A DNA stretch of 64,000 nt from contig JBAYLE010000004.1 in NCBI GenBank assembly GCA_041664225.1, positions 10,640 to 74,639 of the forward strand. Direction: 5' to 3'. Of this stretch, positions 57,185 to 64,000 are shown one piece after another. The stretch is from Parcubacteria group bacterium. GTDB taxonomy: Bacteria > Patescibacteriota > Minisyncoccia > Moranbacterales > UBA2206. The notes beneath the pieces are model-generated. The model worked only from the letters and a program-made list of their open reading frames with translations. It was not told the DNA's origin and made no database searches. Within the stretch, counting starts at the first letter, position 1. Each line of letters starts with the position of its first letter. A program made the translations under genes and the position numbers.

Positions 57185-57373
57185 TCAGATTTCCCTTACG
57201 GGTGATTTAGGATTGTAGGGCGTGATTTGTCTTTCTTCCTGGTTTGAATTGAAAAGATCATTAATCATCTGGCCTATGTTGACATCTTTCAGATTTAGGA
57301 CAAAAAGCAGAAATAAGCTGAACAAAATACCCAAGATTGCTGCTATAACTATCTCTAACGTAAATCTCTTCAT
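57185..57373 (-). CDS. Small single-TM protein (62 aa from MKRF…)
   Basis: SD GGGGGAAG upstream of internal ATG. Confidence 0.45.
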   Translation of the reverse strand: MKRFTLEIVIAAILGILFSLFLLFVLNLKDVNIGQMINDLFNSNQEERQITPYNPKSPVREI

Positions 57374-57499
57374 TTTTTCTTCCCCCTGTATTTGAAACAA
57401 TCGAGAGCTAATTTTTAATATACTGGCTCTTAATTATACACCCAAACTGGCATTTTGTCAAGCATTGCGCCTGATTTTAGCGCGTGGTAAAATTTAATT

Positions 57500-57820
57500 A
57501 TGGAAGACGAAAAAGACAACAACGAAGAGATAAAATTGCTGGCCGAACCGCAAAAGATTGAATCGGGCAAAAAGGATTTTTATGTTGAACTCGTATTGTT
57601 TTTGATTTTGGGAGCCTTAATTGGCATCACGGTTAAAACCGAAGCTAACAAAAGAATTACTATTGGATACAACGACTACAAAATGAAAACTGGAATTCAG
57701 CAATATAGCATTAATAAATTGCAAGCCGATCTTTTGAAAAAGCAAAGCGAAGCTGCTTCAAATAGCCAAGATTCAGCGCAGAATTCGGCGGAAGGCGCGA
57801 GTTGCACTAATAATCAATAG
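57500..57820 (+). CDS. Hypothetical single-TM protein
   Basis: ORF with one TM helix, acidic N-terminus. Confidence 0.5.
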   Translation: MEDEKDNNEEIKLLAEPQKIESGKKDFYVELVLFLILGALIGITVKTEANKRITIGYNDYKMKTGIQQYSINKLQADLLKKQSEAASNSQDSAQNSAEGASCTNNQ

Positions 57821-57848
57821 CAAGTAAAATATAAAAAATTTAAATTTT

Positions 57849-58862
57849 ATGGAAGAAGATAAGAAGATAAAAAACTTAATTTCTGCTGTAATTCTTCTGA
57901 TAGGACTTTTTATCGGTAGTCTTTTCGTGGACGTGGCGCAATTAATGCGAGGTGACGGTTTTTCGCAAAAAAACTTGAATCAAAGTGAGATTTTTGAAGC
58001 TGGCGGCAAAACTTGGGTGGCCTATGGTGAACCGATGGTAGAAGTGAAAGTCTTGAGCGATGATACTTGCGGCGACAAGTGCGACCCATCGGAAGCGCTC
58101 GTTTGGATGCGCAGGGTTATTCCGACGATTAGCGCCCGAAAGATCGATTACAATTCTTCCGAAGCTATGGACTTGATAAATAAATTTGGAATCAAAACCT
58201 TGCCGGCATTTGTTTTTGATTCGGCGGTGGCCAAGACTGATTTTTATTCCCAAGCGCAGGTGTTGTTCGATCAAAAGGACAATCAATACGCATTGAAAAC
58301 AGACGAACTTGGTTTGACGCCGGGAAAATATTTAGCAACTCCTCAAATCAACGATGGCGATGCAGTTATGGGAAGGGCAGATTCAAATGTTAAGGTTGTT
58401 GTTTATTCTGATTTTCAGTGTCCATACTGCAAACTTTTTTGGTCGACGCTTCGCGATACAATAAAGCAATATGAGGGGGAGGTCTTGTTCGGCTATAAAG
58501 AATTACCCCTATCAATCCATCCGCAAGCTAATGATGCGGCTCTAGCGGCCCAGTGCGCCCTGGAACAAAACAAATTTTGGGAATACGGCGATAAGCTTTT
58601 TGGGGACCAGGACGATTGGACGAACATTGCCGATACGCAAAAGTTTAAAGAATATGCAAAGACCTTAGGCCTGAATACAGTTCAGTTTAACCAATGTTTG
58701 GATAGCAAAAAATATCAAAACAAAATTGATAATAGCGTGAGTGAGGCTACTGGCTTTGGAGTTTCCGGCACGCCGGCAACTTTCATCAATAGCCAGTTCA
58801 AAAATGGCGTGACCAGTGCGGATGACTTGAAAACGGCGATTGAAGAAGAACTAGCCAAATAA
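57849..58862 (+). CDS. Membrane-anchored DsbA-like thiol:disulfide oxidoreductase
   Basis: Thioredoxin-fold CxxC (FQCPYC); N-terminal TM anchor. Confidence 0.8.
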   Translation: MEEDKKIKNLISAVILLIGLFIGSLFVDVAQLMRGDGFSQKNLNQSEIFEAGGKTWVAYGEPMVEVKVLSDDTCGDKCDPSEALVWMRRVIPTISARKIDYNSSEAMDLINKFGIKTLPAFVFDSAVAKTDFYSQAQVLFDQKDNQYALKTDELGLTPGKYLATPQINDGDAVMGRADSNVKVVVYSDFQCPYCKLFWSTLRDTIKQYEGEVLFGYKELPLSIHPQANDAALAAQCALEQNKFWEYGDKLFGDQDDWTNIADTQKFKEYAKTLGLNTVQFNQCLDSKKYQNKIDNSVSEATGFGVSGTPATFINSQFKNGVTSADDLKTAIEEELAK

Positions 58863-58924
58863 ATCGGTTTATTGCGTCGAATATCAATGATATTTATCAA
58901 ATACGCTGCTGGTCTTCGGCGGGG

Positions 58925-58952
58925 TTGACAGTCTTTTTCCCTGTGATACAAT
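58925..58952 (+). promoter_or_regulatory. Promoter-like TTGACA-16-TACAAT
   Basis: TTGACA 58925-58930, TACAAT 58947-58952. Confidence 0.45.
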
Positions 58953-59055
58953 TGGGCTGGTAATAGCTTATAACAGTTGATTTGGATAAATAAATAGTAA
59001 TCACGTACTGCTTAAAGCGGTATTTTTTAATAAATCGTTGTCAGCACTCGCTCGG

Positions 59056-59077
59056 AAATAAAAACTAGTTTTTATTT
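59056..59077. promoter_or_regulatory. Perfect 22-bp palindrome AAATAAAAACTAGTTTTTATTT upstream of greA
   Basis: Exact self-complement, flanked by gctcg direct repeats, 38 nt upstream of greA start. Confidence 0.5.
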
Positions 59078-59114
59078 CGCTCGCTTCGTTTGACAATAAG
59101 TTAAAAACAAGAAA

Positions 59115-59570
59115 ATGCCAAAATTTATAACCGAAGAGGGTTTGAAAAAAATTAAAGACGAACTTGAAGAAAGAAAAACAACAATAAGACAAAGAATTGC
59201 CAATGCGATCAAAGAAGCCAAGGAACAGGGGGATTTGAGCGAGAACGCGGAATATTCAGAGGCCAAACACCAGCAAGCGGAAAACGAAGCGCGCATCGCG
59301 GAACTTGAGTTTTTGCTCAAAGAATCGACCGTTGTTGCTTTCAATAAATCAGTAGATGTTGTCCAGATGGGCTCCAAAGTCAAGGTGAAATTCAACGGAT
59401 CGGAAATGGAATTTCAAATTGTCGGTTCCAACGAAGCCAACCCGAGCGAAATGAAAATTTCCAACGAGTCCCCGATGGGTAAGGGTTTTATGGGGAAACG
59501 CAAAGATGATGCGGTAGAAATTGAAACTCCCGGCGGGAGGATGAAGTATAAAATCCTGGATGTAAAATAA
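59115..59570 (+). CDS. greA: Transcription elongation factor GreA
   Basis: N-terminal coiled-coil with conserved acidic tip, C-terminal FKBP-like domain. Confidence 0.9.
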   Translation: MPKFITEEGLKKIKDELEERKTTIRQRIANAIKEAKEQGDLSENAEYSEAKHQQAENEARIAELEFLLKESTVVAFNKSVDVVQMGSKVKVKFNGSEMEFQIVGSNEANPSEMKISNESPMGKGFMGKRKDDAVEIETPGGRMKYKILDVK

Positions 59571-59584
59571 TTTTACCAAAAAAT

Positions 59585-59611
59585 AGTCCCGATGTACGGG
59601 ACTGTTTTTTT
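59585..59611 (+). terminator. Intrinsic terminator agtcccg-atgta-cgggact + T7
   Basis: Perfect 7-bp GC-rich stem. Confidence 0.85.
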
Positions 59612-59677
59612 ATTGCCAATTTTAGCTAAAAAGGGTAAAATTAGGACATGTATAGCTAAATACTAGGTGTTAAATTT

Positions 59678-61561
59678 ATGCGTGAAGATATCCTTCAAAC
59701 TAAGCTGGAAAAATTAGAGCAGATCAAAGAAGCTGGGCTGGACCCCTATCCGGAAAAAACCAAGCGGGATTTTGGCAATGGCGAAGTGCTGGCCAAATTC
59801 GACGAACTTTTGGAAAAAGAAATTACGTTGGTTGGGCGGGTGAAATCATTGCGGCTGATGGGCAATGTGGCATTTGCGCACATTGAGGACGAAACGGGGA
59901 AGATTCAACTGTTTTTGAATAATAAGGGCGCTGAAAATTATAAACTTTTCGTCAATGCGGTAGAAATTGGTGATTTTATTCAAGCATCGGGAAAACTATT
60001 TATCACCAAGGCTGGTGAAAAATCTCTAGAAGTCTCCGCCTGGTCTATTCTTTCCAAAAATATTCGGCCAATTCCGACGGAACATTTCGGTATTAAAGAC
60101 ATCGAAGAAAAGCTGCGTAAGCGTTATCTGGATCTCATGATGAATGAGGAAACACGCGAACTTTTCCACAAGAAAAATATTTTTTGGCAAACGATTCGCA
60201 ACTTCTTAGCGGGCAAAGGATTTTTGGAAGTCCAGACGCCAGTTTTGGAGCATATTCCCGGTGGAGCAGATGCGGAACCGTTTGTGACACATCACAACGC
60301 GCTGGATGCCGATTTCTACCTTCGTATCTCATTAGAGCTACCGCTCAAAAGACTTTTGGTCGGCGGATACGAAAAAGTTTTTGAAATCGGGCGAGTTTTC
60401 CGCAATGAAGGCATGGACAGAGATCATCTCCAGGAATTTGATCACATGGAATTTTACTGGGCGTATTCTGATTTAGAAAAAGGTATGGAATTTATAGAAA
60501 AAATGTATAAAGAGATTGTCGTTAAAGTCTTGGGCGGCCTTGAACATGAATATGAAGGCGAAAAAATAAATTGGGACAAAAAATTTCCAATAGTTGATTA
60601 TTTCACGGAATTCAAGAAAGAAACGAACATAGATTTAAATAAAGAAATTACTATCGAAGAGCTGAAAAAGAAAGCAGATGAGCTGAAAATTAAATATGAA
60701 AAAGGATATGGGAAAGGTCGCATGATTGATACGCTCTACAAAAAAACCGTGCGCCAGAAATTGGTTCAGCCTTGCTTTTTGACTGGACATCCATTGGAAA
60801 TTTCACCTTTGGCTAAAATTGACCCGAATAATCCAAAAAAAGTACTGCGCTTCCAAATTGTCGCTGGACGTAGCGAGCTCTGCAACGCTTTTGGCGAGTT
60901 GAACGATCCAATTGACCAAAGAAAGCGTTTTGAAAACCAGATGCAGGCGCGGGAAGCTGGGGACAAGGAAGCACAGATGATGGACGAAGATTTTGTGGAA
61001 TCTTTGGAGTATGGCATGCCGCCAGCTTTCGGTTTTGGCATGAGCGAGCGATTTTTTTCTTTCATAATGAACAGATCCGTGCGAGAGACAGTAATTTTTC
61101 CGACAGTAAGAGAAGTCACTAATGTTGAAGCAAAAGCAAAAGAAACCAAAATTGCTATGGCTATAGTCAACAAAGGATCGGATATGGAACCATGGCAAGA
61201 AATGAATACCATTGCTAATCTCAATGCCTCTTTTGCCGCCAGGGAAGGAAGGAAAATTTTGTACCAAGACAATATTTTTACCAAGGACAATGAAAAAATC
61301 AAGTTGAATATGCAGCATGCGACAATAATTAAACAAGCTGGATCAAACAAGGAGATACTAGATTTAATAAGATCAGCCAGAGAAAATAAACTCACGGCCG
61401 TTGAGTTCATTCGGGAGATGATAGTAACCTCAGATGACAAAAAAATAATCGATTCCGTTGCTGGAAAAAATGCGGACGAAGTTGAATATCTCGGGGTCTT
61501 AATCTTCGGAAAAAAAGCAGCGGTTGAAGAAATAACGTCTAAATTTGAATTGTATAAATAA
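59678..61561 (+). CDS. lysS: Lysine--tRNA ligase (class II) with ~150-aa C-terminal extension
   Basis: OB-fold N-domain; IPGGADAEPF, FRNEGMDRDHLQEFDHMEFYWAY, motif 3 GFGMSERF; extension 61105-61561 is not part of canonical LysRS. Confidence 0.9.
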   Translation: MREDILQTKLEKLEQIKEAGLDPYPEKTKRDFGNGEVLAKFDELLEKEITLVGRVKSLRLMGNVAFAHIEDETGKIQLFLNNKGAENYKLFVNAVEIGDFIQASGKLFITKAGEKSLEVSAWSILSKNIRPIPTEHFGIKDIEEKLRKRYLDLMMNEETRELFHKKNIFWQTIRNFLAGKGFLEVQTPVLEHIPGGADAEPFVTHHNALDADFYLRISLELPLKRLLVGGYEKVFEIGRVFRNEGMDRDHLQEFDHMEFYWAYSDLEKGMEFIEKMYKEIVVKVLGGLEHEYEGEKINWDKKFPIVDYFTEFKKETNIDLNKEITIEELKKKADELKIKYEKGYGKGRMIDTLYKKTVRQKLVQPCFLTGHPLEISPLAKIDPNNPKKVLRFQIVAGRSELCNAFGELNDPIDQRKRFENQMQAREAGDKEAQMMDEDFVESLEYGMPPAFGFGMSERFFSFIMNRSVRETVIFPTVREVTNVEAKAKETKIAMAIVNKGSDMEPWQEMNTIANLNASFAAREGRKILYQDNIFTKDNEKIKLNMQHATIIKQAGSNKEILDLIRSARENKLTAVEFIREMIVTSDDKKIIDSVAGKNADEVEYLGVLIFGKKAAVEEITSKFELYK

Positions 61562-61580
61562 CTTTTAAAATTTCAATCTT

Positions 61581-62162
61581 ATGACTAAGCAGCAGATTGA
61601 AAAAATATCCAAGAAAGTCAAAAAGCTTTTCTATAATCCTCCCAAGAAAAAGATGGACGCAGTGGAGAAGAAAATGCTACAAGATTTTTGGGATTTCCAT
61701 ATTGTGCCGGTAGCGAAAGAGAGCCGGAAAATGGCTAAAAAATACAAAGCGGACGAAAATATTGTTTGGCTGGGCGCACTTTTACACGACGTTTCACTCA
61801 CTGAGGATCGTAAAAATCATGATGAAATGAGCGCCAAAAAAGCCTATGAAATGATGATCAAAGAAGGCTTTGACAAAAAAACCGCGCTCAAGGTGAAAAA
61901 TATCGCACTCCGGCATCGTTGCCGCAAATATCATCCCAAGACACTGGAAGAAAAAATAGTAACGACAGCAGATGCCCTCAATCATTTTCTGCCGTCTTTC
62001 TATTTAGGAATCGCCGTTGTTGCTTCTGAAGAATACGCGGTAATGATGCGCAAAAATATTGAGAAATTGGAACGCGACTACCAGTATAAGATTTTTTTCA
62101 AAGACGAACAAAAGCAAGTCGCAAAAAGACTGAAAGATTTCAAGCGTTGGTTCGCGATATAA
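61581..62162 (+). CDS. HD-domain phosphohydrolase
   Basis: H…HD (LLHDVS) metal-binding motif. Confidence 0.7.
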   Translation: MTKQQIEKISKKVKKLFYNPPKKKMDAVEKKMLQDFWDFHIVPVAKESRKMAKKYKADENIVWLGALLHDVSLTEDRKNHDEMSAKKAYEMMIKEGFDKKTALKVKNIALRHRCRKYHPKTLEEKIVTTADALNHFLPSFYLGIAVVASEEYAVMMRKNIEKLERDYQYKIFFKDEQKQVAKRLKDFKRWFAI

Positions 62163-62165
62163 GCT

Positions 62166-62684
62166 ATGGAATTAAAAATTGTAAAATTTTTCAATAACTT
62201 AGGAGGCAAGCGTGTAAGCGATGTCACCGATTTTGCGAGCCGCATACCAGTGCTGGCCATTTTTTGGTCAGTTGTCGCTGTGCTGATTTTGATTTTAGAT
62301 AAAAATCAAGGAGGAGTCATTTTTTTGGCCCTGGCGATTGCGACATTTTTGCATTTTTTCATAAGCGAGGGAGTCCTTAAACATCTCTTACCCGTTTTCT
62401 TACCCAGAAGAATTAGGCCATATCTGGCTCATCCAGAGATGATTATTCCAAATGGAACCCTACATCAGAGTCCATCCTTCCCGTCCAGCCATATGTCCAT
62501 TACCCTGGGCATTCTAATGGTCTTGTTTTATTTTTATCCTGTCATCTGGCCAGTTGCTCTGCTTTATATTATTTTTATGGCCTACGCGCGTCTGCATAAC
62601 GGCATGCATTATCTGAGTGACATCATCGGTGGAATAATTCTGGGGATTTTGTATGGGATATTATCAATTTATTTAGTTAAATAA
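62166..62684 (+). CDS. PAP2-family membrane phosphatase (undecaprenyl-PP / lipid phosphatase type)
   Basis: PSFPSSH and SRxxxxxHxxxD-like (RLHNGMHYLSD) motifs. Confidence 0.8.
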   Translation: MELKIVKFFNNLGGKRVSDVTDFASRIPVLAIFWSVVAVLILILDKNQGGVIFLALAIATFLHFFISEGVLKHLLPVFLPRRIRPYLAHPEMIIPNGTLHQSPSFPSSHMSITLGILMVLFYFYPVIWPVALLYIIFMAYARLHNGMHYLSDIIGGIILGILYGILSIYLVK

Positions 62685-62687
62685 AAA

Positions 62688-63272
62688 ATGAAAAAAATTA
62701 TTTTAGCTACAACTTCACCGTATCGCCAGGAGGCATTCAAAATGCTGGACCTTGATTTTGAAGCGGCGGGAAGCGATATAGACGAAAATTTTGAAGGACG
62801 TCCGGGTCATCCGGAAGAACTGGTTTTGGAATTAGCCAAAAGAAAAGCGCAGTCAGTCGCGAAAAATTACAAAGATGGCATAGTGATCGGCTTTGATTCT
62901 ATTGGATATTTTAATAATGAAATCTTAGAAAAGCCGAAGGACAGAAGTGAGGCCTTTCAGCGGTTGCGAAAATTATCAGGCAATGTTCATAAATTTTACA
63001 CGGGCATCCATTTGATTAATATTTCTGAAAATAAAAATCTTTCCAGCGTGGCAGAAACCGAAATAAAATTACGCGAGCTTACTGACGCGGAAATCAATAA
63101 ATATCTCGATCAGGATCCCAAATTTACTACCTATGCGATTGGGTTTGATCCGTTATGCCACTATAGTTCCTCATTTACCGAGAGCATCACGGGAAGTTAT
63201 AATAATTATTTGCGCGGCATCCCGCTGGAAACAATTGTTGGATTGTTAAAAGAGGCCGGATATGATTTATGA
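62688..63272 (+). CDS. maf: Maf-like nucleoside-triphosphate pyrophosphatase
   Basis: N-terminal ILATTSPYRQEAFKMLDL… resembles Maf LASxSPRR. Confidence 0.8.
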   Translation: MKKIILATTSPYRQEAFKMLDLDFEAAGSDIDENFEGRPGHPEELVLELAKRKAQSVAKNYKDGIVIGFDSIGYFNNEILEKPKDRSEAFQRLRKLSGNVHKFYTGIHLINISENKNLSSVAETEIKLRELTDAEINKYLDQDPKFTTYAIGFDPLCHYSSSFTESITGSYNNYLRGIPLETIVGLLKEAGYDL

Positions 63273-63691
63273 GAATAGTAATTTGTGGCAGTTCAAAATT
63301 CAGGCACGAAATGGTCGAATACAAAGAGAGGCTCGAAAAATTGGGGCATGATGTTTTTGTGCATGAACACTACATAAAATCAGTGCGAGGAGAAATGCCG
63401 GAACTGATGGAAAGGATTGGAAGAGAACATGCTGTTCTGAAAAGAGAACAAAATTATATTAGGTTATATCATGATGAGATTAAAAATAGCGACGCAGTTT
63501 TGATTTTAAATTTTGACAAAAACGGAATTAAAAACTATATCGGCGGAAACACTCTAATGGAAATCGGCTTCGCGCACGTGAATGACAAAAAGGTATTTTT
63601 GCTTAATCCGATTCCGGATGTTTCTTATGTCGATGAAATCAAAGCGATGGCCGATGTAATTTTAGACGGCGACTTAAAAAAAATTGTATGA
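63269..63691 (+). CDS. Hypothetical; nucleoside 2-deoxyribosyltransferase-like fold suspected
   Basis: MRIVICGSSKF… Rossmann-like start; weak. Confidence 0.4.
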   Translation: MRIVICGSSKFRHEMVEYKERLEKLGHDVFVHEHYIKSVRGEMPELMERIGREHAVLKREQNYIRLYHDEIKNSDAVLILNFDKNGIKNYIGGNTLMEIGFAHVNDKKVFLLNPIPDVSYVDEIKAMADVILDGDLKKIV

Positions 63692-63879
63692 AAATAACCA
63701 ATAAAATTTTTGATTATGAGATCGCAATGTGCCGCAAGCTTTATAAAAAGACCAGGGGTTGTCAATGGGGGAAATGCAAAGATTGTGGCGTCGTGCCGTT
63801 ATTATATAAACTACATAGCGGTTTGTTGGTTGATAAGAAGAAAGATGTTGCCAAATTAAAAAAAGCATATTTGAAATAG
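63688..63879 (+). CDS. Small Cys-rich protein (63 aa)
   Basis: ATGA overlap with upstream gene; CRKL…GCQWGKCKDCG. Confidence 0.4.
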   Translation: MKITNKIFDYEIAMCRKLYKKTRGCQWGKCKDCGVVPLLYKLHSGLLVDKKKDVAKLKKAYLK

Positions 63880-63930
63880 CAATTGGATTCATTTTTTGCA
63901 TTTTTTAGGGGAATATTATAAACTACCAAT

Positions 63931-64000
63931 ATGTTAGATATCAAATATATCCACGAGAACAAGGAGAAATTAAAAAAGGCCATTGAAGATAAGGGCATAA
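63931..64000 (+). CDS. serS: Serine--tRNA ligase, 5' end only (truncated by window edge)
   Basis: MLDIKYIHENKEKLKKAIEDKG matches the SerRS N-terminal coiled-coil start. Confidence 0.55.
   Translation, partial: MLDIKYIHENKEKLKKAIEDKGI

Noticed and set aside
1-64000. tRNA/rRNA genes in the larger intergenic regions (3574-3862, 11870-12204, 14047-14373, 21898-22351, 28960-29800)
   Set aside because: No T-loop (GGTTCGAATCC-like) or cloverleaf-compatible segments seen. The regions instead show promoter/terminator pairs.

Overview
The window reads as a low-G+C, gene-dense bacterial chromosome segment. About 60 credible protein-coding genes sit almost exclusively on the + strand, separated by short AT-rich spacers. 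I found no rRNA, tRNA or CRISPR. The gene content, combined with a ProRS lacking an editing domain, an archaeal-type short AspRS, an ADP-forming acetyl-CoA synthetase and the strong single-strand gene bias, fits a small-genome bacterium such as a Patescibacteria/CPR member. That placement is inference only.

Genes in order:
- a PAS-repeat-GAF sensor;
- a copper cassette (CopB-type P1B-ATPase, Met-rich mini-peptide, cupredoxin lipoprotein, membrane protein) bracketed by two identical 89-bp direct repeats;
- a compositionally distinct (visibly G+C-richer) three-gene operon of two paralogous ~120-aa proteins flanking an atypical receiver-domain protein;
- an ABC exporter, cysK, an S66 LD-carboxypeptidase, and a frameshifted lysA/ODC-family decarboxylase;
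- argS flanked by two homologous sRNA/leader-like elements;
- a partial arginine module (GNAT, AstE/AspA-family deacylase, argG, argH, an M20 ArgE-like gene, an ArgA/B-like gene);
- a GNAT, secreted/membrane proteins, a PlsC-like acyltransferase, and a fused SAM-decarboxylase/spermidine synthase;
- a sensor histidine kinase, followed by a ~1.1-kb gene-poor stretch carrying an ABC-transporter remnant, a Leu6 leader-like peptide with alternative hairpins and several promoter/terminator pairs;
- two hypotheticals (one DUF917-like), proS, ispH, a tandem-receiver regulator, aspS, an MFS transporter and a freestanding YbaK deacylase;
- scpA, scpB, dacA-like, mraY, pgk, eno, gpmI, a PfkB kinase, ADP-forming acetyl-CoA synthetase, a receiver/zinc-ribbon protein and recJ;
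- a minus-strand mini-lipoprotein, rnhA, a MacA/MacB-type efflux set interrupted by a minus-strand small gene, and two minus-strand small membrane proteins;
- a DsbA-like protein, greA, lysS with a C-terminal PTH2/DUF2000-like extension, an HD hydrolase, a PAP2 phosphatase, maf, and the 5' end of serS.
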